DNA from: an uncultured Gammaproteobacteria bacterium
GTDB taxonomy: Bacteria; Patescibacteriota; Microgenomatia; Levybacterales; GWA1-39-11
Direction of reading: 5' to 3'
Length of the DNA stretch: 64,000 nucleotides
Assembly: GCA_964425075.1 (NCBI GenBank)
Contig: CAYRKM010000001.1
Coordinates: 18,756 to 82,755, forward strand
Part shown: positions 28,769-38,438 of the stretch, piece after piece
Numbering within the stretch: the stretch's first letter is position 1
How the letters are laid out: every line of letters begins with the position of its first letter
Program-made: the position numbers and the translations under genes
Notes under the pieces: model-generated
The model's input: the letters and a program-made list of their open reading frames with translations, nothing else
Database searches by the model: none
What the model was told of the DNA's origin: nothing

Positions 28769-29701
28769 ATGGGAAAAATAAGAATCAAATCATTCGACGA
28801 AGCAACTCCAGAAGAGTTGGCAAAACAAAAAGCTAAAAGAGAAGCAAAAAAGGCGGAAAAAATTGCTGCCAAAAATGAGCAAAAGGCTTCAGCTGGAAAG
28901 AAAACCAATCCCCAAACAGATGGGACAATAACAACTGTTGAAGAACCAATTGCAAAAGACGCTATTGAGGCACAACTTGAGGCAAGCGAAGATCTTTCAA
29001 CTGTTGAAACACAAACCGAAACCCCTACTCCTGCAGTTGAAGTAAAAACTGCTAGCGAAACTGTAGAGACTCCAAAAAAAGAGAGAAAACAAAAGAAAGA
29101 AAAATTTGTACAAGTTAAAACCGACTCGAAAAGACACACTGAAAACAAAACATACGTTTCAAAAACCCAACCTTACAAACTTGATCAAGCTCTAGAGGCC
29201 CTCAGAAAGTTTAAAAAAGCAAAGTTTGATGAAACCGTTGAACTTCACGTAAATGTGAAAGAGAAAGCGACTTCTGGTCAGGTAACACTTCCTCACGGAA
29301 CTGGAAAAACTTTAAATATAAAAGTTGCAGATGAAGCAATAATCGCTGAGGTTAAAAAAGGAAAAATTAATTTTGATATTTTAGTTGCAACACCTTCAAT
29401 GATGCCTCAATTGGCTCAAGTTGCTAAGGTTCTAGGACCACGCGGCCTTATGCCAAATCCAAAGAACGGAACTATCGCAGAGAACACCGCTGAGGCAGTA
29501 AAAAAACTATCTGCAGGCCAAATTAGCTACAAAACAGAACCGGTTAGCCCTATTATTCACATAGCAGTTGGGAAAGTTAGCTTTGATGACAAACAATTAA
29601 AGGATAACATCTCAACTCTTCTAACAAGTGTTGGAAGTGCAAATATCAAGTCAGTGGTCCTCAAATCCACCATGAGCCCTGGTATAAAACTCCAGGTCTA
29701 G
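28769..29701 (+). CDS. rplA: 50S ribosomal protein L1 with ~110-aa K/E/A-rich N-terminal extension
   Basis: L1 core from KLDQALEALRKF...KFDETVELHVNV...LPHGTGK; synteny secE-nusG-rplK-rplA. Confidence 0.85.
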   Translation: MGKIRIKSFDEATPEELAKQKAKREAKKAEKIAAKNEQKASAGKKTNPQTDGTITTVEEPIAKDAIEAQLEASEDLSTVETQTETPTPAVEVKTASETVETPKKERKQKKEKFVQVKTDSKRHTENKTYVSKTQPYKLDQALEALRKFKKAKFDETVELHVNVKEKATSGQVTLPHGTGKTLNIKVADEAIIAEVKKGKINFDILVATPSMMPQLAQVAKVLGPRGLMPNPKNGTIAENTAEAVKKLSAGQISYKTEPVSPIIHIAVGKVSFDDKQLKDNISTLLTSVGSANIKSVVLKSTMSPGIKLQV

Positions 29702-29754
29702 AACTTCCTCAACTTGACTACAAACATTTCTCCAAGTAAGATACTCTCAACTGC

Positions 29755-30420
29755 TTGCTTCGTATGAAAAAAACAGTTCTTGCCATTTTTGCCCACCCCG
29801 ATGATGAAGCCTTCGGCCCAGGAGGAACACTCGCGAAATTTTCACAAACCCATGATGTTTATTTAATTTGCGCAACTCAAGGCGAAAAAGGTAAAAACAG
29901 CTTAAAAACTTCAAAGAAACTTCATGAAATTAGAAAGCTAGAACTTGAAAATTCTGCAAAAATTTTAGGAATTAAAAAAGTTTTTTGTCTTGGTTTTGTA
30001 GATGGGACTTTATCTAACAATTTATATCATAAATTAGCCTCAAAAATTGAGGAAAAAATAAAAAAAATAAATCCTGAAATAATTATTACTTTCGAACCAC
30101 GGGGAGTTTCAGGACATATCGATCACATTACCATAAGTCTGGCTACTACTTATGTGGTTTGCAAACATAAAAATATTCAACTTTTTTATTACTGCATGCC
30201 AGAAAAAGAACGAGCAAAAGCGCGGGATGATTATTTCATTTATTTCCCAAAGGGTTATAAAGAAAAAGAGGTTGACTGGGTAAATGACATAAAAGACACA
30301 TGGGATACAAAAGTAAAAGCAATGAAAGCGCACAAATCGCAAAAACATGATGCTGATGTAATAATAGAATTAGCCTCAAAACTACCCAAAAGGGAACTTT
30401 TTTTGAAATTTAAAAGATAA
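29755..30420 (+). CDS. PIG-L/LmbE-family N-acetylglucosaminyl deacetylase
   Basis: 221 aa; AIFAHPDDEAFGPGG metal-binding motif. Confidence 0.75.
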   Translation: MLRMKKTVLAIFAHPDDEAFGPGGTLAKFSQTHDVYLICATQGEKGKNSLKTSKKLHEIRKLELENSAKILGIKKVFCLGFVDGTLSNNLYHKLASKIEEKIKKINPEIIITFEPRGVSGHIDHITISLATTYVVCKHKNIQLFYYCMPEKERAKARDDYFIYFPKGYKEKEVDWVNDIKDTWDTKVKAMKAHKSQKHDADVIIELASKLPKRELFLKFKR

Positions 30421-30421
30421 A

Positions 30422-31609
30422 TTATTTCTTTAGAGCCTCAATACCGGGGAGTGTTCCATTTTCAATAAATTCAAGCATTGCACCTCCACCTGTTGAAATG
30501 TGGGTAATTTTCTCCAAATGGGACTTATGAGAAATTGCTGCCAATGTATCTCCCCCACCAACAATTGAAAAAACGTCAGAATTATGAGTTAGAGTATAGA
30601 ACAAAAAATCAGTACCACGAGCGTATTGAGGATTTTCTATGTACCCGACTGGCCCATTCCACACTAAAGTTTTGGCTTTCAAAATAACTCGAGCATAATC
30701 AGCTTGTGCCTCAGGTCCAATATCCAAAATCACATCATCTCTATCCACCTCAGAAATTTTCTTAACAATTCCACCCTCATCTATATCATTTTTACTTCCC
30801 ACTACTACATCTTGAGGTAAGATTATTTTTGTTTTATTTTTTTTAGCGTGCCGGACTATTTTTTTAACCTCATCCAATACCCCTTCTTCAGCCAAACTTT
30901 TTCCAATTGGATAACCCAACGCCTCAAGCATAGTATTTGCCAAGGCCCCACCAAGCACTAAAAAGTCCGCGATTTCTGTCAACTTATAAAGCAAATTAAG
31001 TTTTGTAGAAATTTTTGCTCCACCAACTATTGCCACAAATGGTTTTTTGGGGTGGTTGGTAACGTGACTTATCATCGCAATCTCGCGCTCCAATAAAAGC
31101 CCTCCGAAATGCGGCAAAAACTTGGGTAATTCTGTAATCGTCACACACTCCCTATGGCTTACTCCAAAAGCATCATTTACATAAACATCAGCCAAAACCG
31201 CAAGTTTTTCAGCCAATTCTTGCCCTGAAGCACTCTTTGGCTCATCTTCTCCTTTAAAAAAGCGGATATTTTCAAGAAATAAAATTTCTCCATTTTTTTG
31301 GTTTTCAAAATAATGCTTTGATGTATCCTGGGTAAAATTATCAACAAAACTTATTTTTACATTCGGAAGTAATTTCTGTAGTCTTTCAAAAATCGGGCGA
31401 AGAGATAATTCATTGTCATGCCCTTTTGGCCGACCGAGATGGGAAATTATAATAACTTTATTTTCTTTATAAAGTTTTTTTATGGTCGGAAGAGTCTGAC
31501 GAATTCGTTTGTCATCCGTAATTTTGTGCTTAGTTAAGGGCACATTAAAATCTACTCTAAGCAAAATTTTCTTATTTTGAATATGGGCTTTATCAATGAA
31601 AACTAACAT
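30422..31609 (-). CDS. pgk: phosphoglycerate kinase
   Basis: 395 aa; RVDFNVP N-terminal signature; GGGAMLEF C-terminal motif. Confidence 0.9.
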   Translation of the reverse strand: MLVFIDKAHIQNKKILLRVDFNVPLTKHKITDDKRIRQTLPTIKKLYKENKVIIISHLGRPKGHDNELSLRPIFERLQKLLPNVKISFVDNFTQDTSKHYFENQKNGEILFLENIRFFKGEDEPKSASGQELAEKLAVLADVYVNDAFGVSHRECVTITELPKFLPHFGGLLLEREIAMISHVTNHPKKPFVAIVGGAKISTKLNLLYKLTEIADFLVLGGALANTMLEALGYPIGKSLAEEGVLDEVKKIVRHAKKNKTKIILPQDVVVGSKNDIDEGGIVKKISEVDRDDVILDIGPEAQADYARVILKAKTLVWNGPVGYIENPQYARGTDFLFYTLTHNSDVFSIVGGGDTLAAISHKSHLEKITHISTGGGAMLEFIENGTLPGIEALKK

Positions 31610-31688
31610 ATATAAAAATTTCTAATTGACCTAAAAAAATACAAATCTGAAACTTTAATTTATTTAGAAATTAGAGCAAATAGAATAA

Positions 31689-33044
31689 TTAGGTCAATTT
31701 ATTTTCGCCTATATATTTCCGAATAGTGTGTGCTGTTCCTAAAAGATTTAAACTTATAAATAGCATTTCCAACTCTTCTGCTAGTTTTGCGCGAATTGGC
31801 TCTTTTTCACTTTCAGACAAAAGCCACATTTCTTTCTTGTGAGGGCCAATTGATTTTTTTCTAAGTTTGTAGACAAACTGCTCATCATTCCATCCTTCTT
31901 TTCTTTCATTTTGAAAATTTTGTTTTGTGTATTCATGAAGTTTTTCTCGCATTGCGTCAGGTATTGTGTCAAAAACAATATTTTGAAATCCTGTTGCCAA
32001 ATGGATTTCACAGGTATTATTTTGAGGAAAATCATCAAATTTATTGTCGGGTAAAGTGGAGGCGCCATGCTGAACTGCACCTGCAAGTCCATACTTTTCC
32101 CGAGCAAGTGAACCAATGTCTCTTAAAACATTAAAATCTACATTCATTTCTTGAAGCGAACCATCGGGATTTACTACTCCACCATGGGAAGTTCCTGTCT
32201 GGACACTCACTTTACTAATTCCAAGAAGGGCTTGGGGTTCAATTTTTGCCAAATATCCATCCATAAATACGGTAAAGTCCTCAACAGTTGAATTTACACC
32301 ACCAACATGTCCTATTTCTCCACCAATTGTTACCGTAATACCTCCCGGTTGCATACGGCGAATAAACTGAGTCATGAGTGCAGTCATTTCAATATTTTCT
32401 TTTTGCTGCTCCTCAACAGTTGGCTTATTAAGATCAACTAATGTCGACGCATCTATGTCAATATTATAAAAGCCTGCAGCAAGAGCATTTTTTATCTCCA
32501 ACTGTATTTCATCAATTTGTCCTTGAGGATATTCCTGATATTTTTTTACATCAAATTGGTAATGATCACCCTGGAGAAAAACAGGTCCTACAAATCCCGT
32601 TTTTATAGCTGCAGCAAGCACAACAACGGCAATCTCATCTTGAGTTTCTTTATCATATATCATCTCTGTTCTTGAAACCTCAAAAATAAAAGCACCTGCC
32701 TCCTTCTCAATCGCCTTTTTAAAAATCTCACAACAAACATCATAAGTAATTGCGCGCAAGTTAATTGCAGGAACTGTAAAACCGGACACCTCGCCTTTTC
32801 CAAAAGCCTCATAAAGCGAATAAATTGAGGCTGGTTCTATCCCAAATTCTTTAGCTAATTTGCGGATAAAAACCCTGGCTAAATGACGAGTAGTAGCGTC
32901 TTCAGAAAGTACGGCAGTATAAACAAGATGGTCAATTCCTTCATTCCGAAGTTTTGCCTCATCCTTTAACTGAATTTCTTTATCGTGAAGTATTGCGATA
33001 TCATGCAAATTATTCTCGAGTTCTTGAGTTGAGTTAAAAATCAT
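31689..33044 (-). CDS. class II (metal-dependent) fructose/tagatose-bisphosphate aldolase family, long form
   Basis: 451 aa; LQGDH, GGEIGHVGG, TGTSHGG and VQHGAS segments align to class II Fba catalytic elements. Confidence 0.7.
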   Translation of the reverse strand: MIFNSTQELENNLHDIAILHDKEIQLKDEAKLRNEGIDHLVYTAVLSEDATTRHLARVFIRKLAKEFGIEPASIYSLYEAFGKGEVSGFTVPAINLRAITYDVCCEIFKKAIEKEAGAFIFEVSRTEMIYDKETQDEIAVVVLAAAIKTGFVGPVFLQGDHYQFDVKKYQEYPQGQIDEIQLEIKNALAAGFYNIDIDASTLVDLNKPTVEEQQKENIEMTALMTQFIRRMQPGGITVTIGGEIGHVGGVNSTVEDFTVFMDGYLAKIEPQALLGISKVSVQTGTSHGGVVNPDGSLQEMNVDFNVLRDIGSLAREKYGLAGAVQHGASTLPDNKFDDFPQNNTCEIHLATGFQNIVFDTIPDAMREKLHEYTKQNFQNERKEGWNDEQFVYKLRKKSIGPHKKEMWLLSESEKEPIRAKLAEELEMLFISLNLLGTAHTIRKYIGENKLT

Positions 33045-33271
33045 AAGTTGATGATAAATGCTTGATGGTAGATGGAAAATGAAATTGAAGTAAAACTCAT
33101 ATTAACCATTTATCATTTGCCATTCATCATTATATTTAGTGTACGGGAGATAAGAAATCTCAGTCAAGTAGAACAAACGGTATCTGTGCATTGCGAAGAA
33201 TTTAATGGTTGGTGGGAGACGAGCGCGCGTGCGCATCGCCCCCCACCGGTAGTCGCAGAGTTGATAGGTGC

Positions 33272-33436
33272 TCACCTCGGATGACCCCTCCAGTGGTCGG
33301 GAGGCCTCGGCCGTCCAGCTTGCTCTTGTGCCCATTGCTCGTCGGCAATCCGTCGGTCTCGCCGCCAGGCAAAACCTAGCACGACATACACAATCAGACC
33401 GCCAAGGACGAATCCGAGAACAAACGCTCCAAGCAT
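33272..33436 (-). CDS. small single-TM peptide (54 aa), island D
   Basis: MLGAFVLGFVLGGLIVYVVLGFAWRRDRR...; preceded by CCGGCGCAAGCCGG palindrome plus AGGAAGGGAG RBS; not in ORF track (<60 aa). Confidence 0.4.
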   Translation of the reverse strand: MLGAFVLGFVLGGLIVYVVLGFAWRRDRRIADEQWAQEQAGRPRPPDHWRGHPR

Positions 33437-33469
33437 GTCTGTCTCCCTTCCTCCGGCTTGCGCCGGAAG

Positions 33470-33613
33470 CTAGTCTCTTCGATTGTTGGGTGGACGGCCG
33501 TAACCGTGCGTTGGTTGTTCTCCGGCAAGGATGATCCTGCCGAGTTTGGCCGTCAGCAGGAGACCTCCTGCCAAAACGACCACGATAACCACAACCCACA
33601 CGGGTAGCGACAC
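33470..33613 (-). CDS. small single-TM peptide (47 aa, GTG start), island D
   Basis: VSLPVWVVVIVVVLAGGLLLTAKLGRIILAGEQPTHGYGRPPNNRRD; preceded by CCGGCGCGAGCCGG palindrome plus GGAAGGAGG RBS. Confidence 0.4.
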   Translation of the reverse strand: MSLPVWVVVIVVVLAGGLLLTAKLGRIILAGEQPTHGYGRPPNNRRD

Positions 33614-33647
33614 AATCTGCCTCCTTCCACCGGCTCGCGCCGGGGCG

Positions 33648-33959
33648 CTAACGATGGCCTAGATTGTAGACCACCTCCCTATGGAAATTCCTGAACTCCC
33701 ACGACCTTGCTGATGCATTGTGGACGTCCTCATCTTGACTTGGAATCGTCGATAAGATCGTCCTCAGTTGACTAGCATACTCACGGATTTCACCGATTTG
33801 TGCGGGTTTTACCCCACGAAAACCATGCCGCAGCATGATTTCATAGCTCACGATTCTGGTGATTTTTCCCCTGAGTACTCCCATCAGGACAAGCCTCTCG
33901 TCAAGGCTCATTCTCTGAACCCGTTGTCTGAAGTTCGAGTTACCTCGTCGAGTAGTCAT
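33648..33959 (-). CDS. hypothetical small protein, possible DNA-binding (island D)
   Basis: 103 aa from MTTRRGNSNFRQRV (internal Met where GC-rich sequence begins); GGAAGGGG RBS; upstream perfect palindrome GTGCC-GCGAG-GGCAC. Confidence 0.4.
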   Translation of the reverse strand: MTTRRGNSNFRQRVQRMSLDERLVLMGVLRGKITRIVSYEIMLRHGFRGVKPAQIGEIREYASQLRTILSTIPSQDEDVHNASARSWEFRNFHREVVYNLGHR

Positions 33960-34357
33960 GACTGCCCCTTCCGTTAGATGCTTGAGTTTCACTCTGCGTT
34001 GTAAATGTGCAATGTGCCCTCGCGGCACAAGCAAATTACACCGCAGAACACAATTGGGGAAATTATATACTTTTGAAGTCATATTTACCACAAAGTGATA
34101 ATTATCAATTAAGAATGAAGAATTAATTTTTTTTGCATTTGAAACGAAGAGTGTGTTATGTATTTTCGTCATTTTGTACCGAACATATGAACCGGTAAAC
34201 GAATATGAGTGGTCCGAAGGAAAAAGCTGTAAAGGCTGAGCTTGCGAACTGCCGGAGCTTTTAATGAATGAGTGAAACCGGCGAATACGTGAGGGGCAAT
34301 TGACGAGAGGCTTTGCTACTTTCGCCGGAGCGAAAGTAGAAGAAAGAGGGAATAACT

Positions 34358-35032
34358 TTAGTAACTAACGTAGTGTAAAATTTTTGCGTTTTTCTTAAGG
34401 GTTGCTACCCACTCTTGATATTTTTGTTTTAATTTTTCTTGCTCAAGATACTGTCGGTACTGCATCTTTGCATCATCAGGGTTTTTTTCGTTTGCTAACA
34501 AATCTTTATTCTGTTCTAGGAATTTATTAAATTCGTCCTCGCCTACTTTTGCCTGTTCTCCAAGAATTTTATCTACAATCAATTGAATTTTTATTTGTTC
34601 ATTAAACAGTTCTTTTGAAATACTTCTTGACTCAAGTATTTGATTCAAATCTTGACCTTGGCCATCAAGTTGCTTTTTGATCTTTGCAATTTCCTTATCT
34701 ATATCTGCCTGACTTATATTTATTTTTCGTTTAGCAGCTTCTTGCAAAACAAGTCTTTCCTCAATTATTTCTTCAAGCGCTGTCTTTCCACTTTGCAATT
34801 CCAATTTATTAATTAATGAAAGTCTAGAAATTGGTTCTCCATTAACAGTTGCTGCAACGAAAAGAGAACGGCCGATATAAAGAAGAGCAGCAAGAACAAT
34901 AACTCCAAGGATAATTAGTGTAGCTTTTCTATTTTTTGGGGCCCAAACTTTATTTTTAAGATCTGCAAGGGTCGTTTTCTTTTTTGGTGATGAACTTTTT
35001 GTTGCCTTTTTTGCTGTTTTTGCTGTTGCCAT
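34358..35032 (-). CDS. membrane-anchored SurA-N-like / PpiC-type chaperone-like protein (tentative)
   Basis: 224 aa; K-rich N-terminus, one TM, then a helical domain resembling the SurA N-terminal region; no PPIase motif seen. Confidence 0.4.
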   Translation of the reverse strand: MATAKTAKKATKSSSPKKKTTLADLKNKVWAPKNRKATLIILGVIVLAALLYIGRSLFVAATVNGEPISRLSLINKLELQSGKTALEEIIEERLVLQEAAKRKINISQADIDKEIAKIKKQLDGQGQDLNQILESRSISKELFNEQIKIQLIVDKILGEQAKVGEDEFNKFLEQNKDLLANEKNPDDAKMQYRQYLEQEKLKQKYQEWVATLKKNAKILHYVSY

Positions 35033-35144
35033 GGGACAAGTATAGCATATATTTTAAAAAGTCAATACCGTTGCTCTTTATACCCAAAAGTACTACACTT
35101 ATATAGTAATCGGATCAATTTTCATAGGAAGGAGGTGTAACGAT

Positions 35145-35297
35145 ATGGGTATACTTGAGCTAATAATTGGGATACTGGTTTTTCTCTTCTTGGTAAATCT
35201 TTTTATGGCATTTATTCCTGTGCCACGAACTCTGGGCGGTGCTATTGTTTTGATCTTAGTAATATTTCTAGTATTACGTTTGCTGGGAATGGTCTAG
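35145..35297 (+). CDS. small membrane protein (50 aa)
   Basis: GGAAGGAGGTG RBS 7 nt before ATG; MGILELIIGILVFLFLVNLFMAFIPVPRTLGGAIVLILVIFLVLRLLGMV. Confidence 0.4.
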   Translation: MGILELIIGILVFLFLVNLFMAFIPVPRTLGGAIVLILVIFLVLRLLGMV

Positions 35298-35377
35298 AAA
35301 GATACGGCCACTTTTTATCGAAAGAGATTACATTTATAACAACTTAGTTGGTGGCTTTTTGCTTTGTGCAGCAAAAA

Positions 35378-36235
35378 TTAATCGCTCTCAACTTTAAGCT
35401 CTAAATATATTTTTCTATTCGTAGCAAGTTCTAATTCTCGACGAGCCATACTTCCAATTTCTTTTATTTTTGCCCCCCCAGCCCCAATTATCATTTTTTT
35501 ATATTTTTCAGGGGCAATAATTCTTGCTTTTATAACTGTCATGTCTTTTTTCTTTCGTTCTATAATTTCATCGACTTTTATATCAATCACATATGGCAGC
35601 TCGCGTCTAAGTCTTAAAAAGGCTTTCTCTCGAATTAGTTCTTGAAGATATAATTTTGAATCCAAATTTAGAGCAGGTGTTGCCATGTCCCTTGTTTCAA
35701 CGAGCTTTTCACCAACGGGTAAAAATTCAAAAATATTATCAATTATTCTATTCAAATTTTCCCCAGTTCTTGCGCTAACTTCCAAAACAACCTCAAATTC
35801 GTCCTCAAGGAAAATATATTGCTCCATAAAATTCGGCTCTCTTTTGTCAATTTTATTAATTACTAATATCTTAGGAACTTTTGATTTTCTGATGATTCCA
35901 AGCACCCTATTTTCCTCAATTCCACGCTCACGGCTTCTATCAACTACATATACAACTACATCAATGCCATCTTTTAAGGATTGCTCTGCAGTAAAATTGA
36001 TTCCAGAAGCCTTCGCATTATCAGCTTTTGCAAAAATTCCTGGGGTATCAACAAATAATATCTGGCCACGCTCATCCTCATATACTGCCTGAATTGAGAA
36101 CTGTGTAGTCTGTGGTTTTGGAGAAGTAATTGATACTTTCTGCTTCAAAAGAGCATTTAAAAGTGTAGATTTACCAGCATTGGGCCGTCCCAAAAGGGCA
36201 ACAGTACCTACTTTTAATTTTGGTTCATTAACCAT
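35378..36235 (-). CDS. era: GTPase Era
   Basis: 285 aa; G1 GRPNAGKST; G3 DTPG; C-terminal KH domain. Confidence 0.9.
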   Translation of the reverse strand: MVNEPKLKVGTVALLGRPNAGKSTLLNALLKQKVSITSPKPQTTQFSIQAVYEDERGQILFVDTPGIFAKADNAKASGINFTAEQSLKDGIDVVVYVVDRSRERGIEENRVLGIIRKSKVPKILVINKIDKREPNFMEQYIFLEDEFEVVLEVSARTGENLNRIIDNIFEFLPVGEKLVETRDMATPALNLDSKLYLQELIREKAFLRLRRELPYVIDIKVDEIIERKKKDMTVIKARIIAPEKYKKMIIGAGGAKIKEIGSMARRELELATNRKIYLELKVESD

Positions 36236-36364
36236 ATGGGTATTATATCAGAATTAGCCTCAAATTAGTTGGTAGTATGTAGAAAGTGGTAAGTAGCATG
36301 GTAGAGGAAGGATTAAGATATTTTTTTTGCTTACTACATTCTCCCCGCTACGTGCTACCGGCGG

Positions 36365-37141
36365 CTACTTCGCCACCGCAGGCCTTCCACCAAAACGTCT
36401 TTCGCGCTTGGCATAGTCAACAAGTGCTTTAATAATATCTTTTGAACCGGTATTTGGAAGTAATTTTTCTATGAAATAAAGCTCTGAGTTGGTTGAAAGC
36501 CATCCCAAATCAGAAGTTCTTTTCTCGCCCGACGTACGAATTATAAGATCTGCAGGGGGGACAAATCCGCCTCCATCTCTATATGAAGCAACAATTTCAT
36601 GTGTGATTTCTTTTAAATTATCCTTTACCATTTTTTTATACATCCTTAACTCCTGATCTTGTCCTGCATAGTCTACGGCAAGACACAAAACGCTTCCGGT
36701 GTTGTTTTTTGTCGCCTCCTCAGCCTCTTCGAAAGTTTTTCTAACATACTCTGGAATTCTATCTTTTCGCCCAAGATGAACAATTCTGGAGTTTTTTTCC
36801 ATGGCCTCAGGTAGCATTACTCTTAAAGTTTCGTCAATCACGTGCATAATTCCATCAGCTTCCTCGCGTGTTCTTGACCAATTGTCTGCAGAAAAACCCC
36901 AAATTGTAATAAATTTTATAGGTAATTGCCAAAGATCATAATAAATTTGCTTCACTACCTCTGCCCCTGCCTTATGCCCTTGAGTAATATTTTTTCCATA
37001 AAGCTTTGCCCACCTACCATTTCCGTCAGGAATTAAAAGCACATGCCGTGGAAATTTTTCTGTTGGAATATCTTTAAGCTCGGGGAATTTTTCCCAAACA
37101 GTTTTTGCGGTTTTTGATTTGTTGAACATACAAAAAAGCAA
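36365..37141 (-). CDS. uppS: undecaprenyl diphosphate synthase
   Basis: 258 aa; HVLLIPDGNGRWA and C-terminal RFGG motifs of cis-prenyltransferases. Confidence 0.85.
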   Translation of the reverse strand: MLFCMFNKSKTAKTVWEKFPELKDIPTEKFPRHVLLIPDGNGRWAKLYGKNITQGHKAGAEVVKQIYYDLWQLPIKFITIWGFSADNWSRTREEADGIMHVIDETLRVMLPEAMEKNSRIVHLGRKDRIPEYVRKTFEEAEEATKNNTGSVLCLAVDYAGQDQELRMYKKMVKDNLKEITHEIVASYRDGGGFVPPADLIIRTSGEKRTSDLGWLSTNSELYFIEKLLPNTGSKDIIKALVDYAKRERRFGGRPAVAK

Positions 37142-37169
37142 CTAATAGCGCTGCTTGGTGTATATTTTA

Positions 37170-37832
37170 CTAAAACGGGTTTGAAACTACAAATGTTGTA
37201 TTTTTGCAAAATTCCACCCTATGATGTTGACTTAAACCATGCATTGAAAGCGCCTCCCGATGAAATTTAGTTCCATACCCCTTATGTTTTTCAAATCCAT
37301 AAATTGGAAATTGTTTGGCAAGTTCTAACATATATCTATCTCTTACAACTTTTGCCAAAATTGATGAAGCCGCAATTGAAATACTAAGCCTATCTCCATG
37401 GATAATACCGGTTTGTGGACTGTTTAAGTCCGGAATTGTAAATCCATCCACCAAAATATGCAACTGTTCAAGACTTTGAATTTTTAACTTTAAATTCTGA
37501 ACTAGATTTCTCATTCCCAAAAAAGTTGATTTTCCAATTCCTATTTTATTAATAATTGAAACCGGTACAAATTCTACGTGCCAGGCTAGAGATCTTTTTA
37601 TAATTTCTTCAAATAATATTTCTCTTTTTTTCGGACTTAAAAGCTTTGAGTCATTTATCCCAAGTCCTCCTAATTCAGTTTCTAACTTGGGATTTAAAAC
37701 CACACCACCAACTGACAATGGTCCAGCAAAAGCACCTCGTCCAGCCTCATCAATTCCAACTACGGTAAAACCATTTTCCCAAACATCTTTCTCATACGAA
37801 AAATCAGGAAATGTCATAAAAATAGTATACAT
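37170..37832 (-). CDS. rnhB: ribonuclease HII
   Basis: 220 aa; GIDEAGRGAFAGPLSVGGVVL catalytic DEAGRG motif. Confidence 0.85.
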   Translation of the reverse strand: MYTIFMTFPDFSYEKDVWENGFTVVGIDEAGRGAFAGPLSVGGVVLNPKLETELGGLGINDSKLLSPKKREILFEEIIKRSLAWHVEFVPVSIINKIGIGKSTFLGMRNLVQNLKLKIQSLEQLHILVDGFTIPDLNSPQTGIIHGDRLSISIAASSILAKVVRDRYMLELAKQFPIYGFEKHKGYGTKFHREALSMHGLSQHHRVEFCKNTTFVVSNPF

Positions 37833-37870
37833 GATGCAAAAAAGGCAACTTTGATATATAATTTCCCGTT

Positions 37871-38437
37871 ATGACTATAGAAAATCAAAAATATAGGCTG
37901 CAAGCGGAAGACTTTGTCACTAGGGTTGCTGAGGCAAACAAAGGCCCGCATGGCATGGCCGTTGCTTTTTCAAGAGCGCTAATTGCGTATGGACGAGAAC
38001 ATATTATTGAAGCTTTAAAACAAAAGGACCCGTCAATTACCATTCTTATTACTCCTGAAGACTTAGATAGAATTTTTGAACAAACGCCGAATGAGCTTGG
38101 ACTTATGATCGTGGGAGCAGCAAACCTAGTAATTCATCATGCTCTTGCAGACGGCCAATATCAAACAACAGATTTTGCAGAAGAAATGAATAGGGGCCTT
38201 GTTGGAACACCGATAAGGTGGGATGCAGCAAGAAAACCTGGCTTGGAAAACATTCCACAATCAGATTTGGTCGATATGTATCCATTTGCAAGCAAGGAGC
38301 CGATTTTTACAGCATTCTATGGAGAAGAAGGAATGCGTCATATTCCTCCAGCTCTTCGCGAGGAGTTAATCCCATACGTATCTTTAATACGTCCTGTTTT
38401 GCCAACTATTGCTGAGGCATGGAATTTAATTCAATAA
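37871..38437 (+). CDS. hypothetical protein
   Basis: 188-aa ORF. Confidence 0.45.
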   Translation: MTIENQKYRLQAEDFVTRVAEANKGPHGMAVAFSRALIAYGREHIIEALKQKDPSITILITPEDLDRIFEQTPNELGLMIVGAANLVIHHALADGQYQTTDFAEEMNRGLVGTPIRWDAARKPGLENIPQSDLVDMYPFASKEPIFTAFYGEEGMRHIPPALREELIPYVSLIRPVLPTIAEAWNLIQ

Positions 38438-38438
38438 A

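Noticed and set aside
33102-33599. 165-aa and 88-aa ORFs (33102-33599 minus, 33268-33534 plus) from the ORF track
   Set aside because: Arg/Pro-rich translations typical of out-of-frame GC-rich DNA, with no RBS. The same region contains two well-signalled small TM peptide ORFs in another frame.
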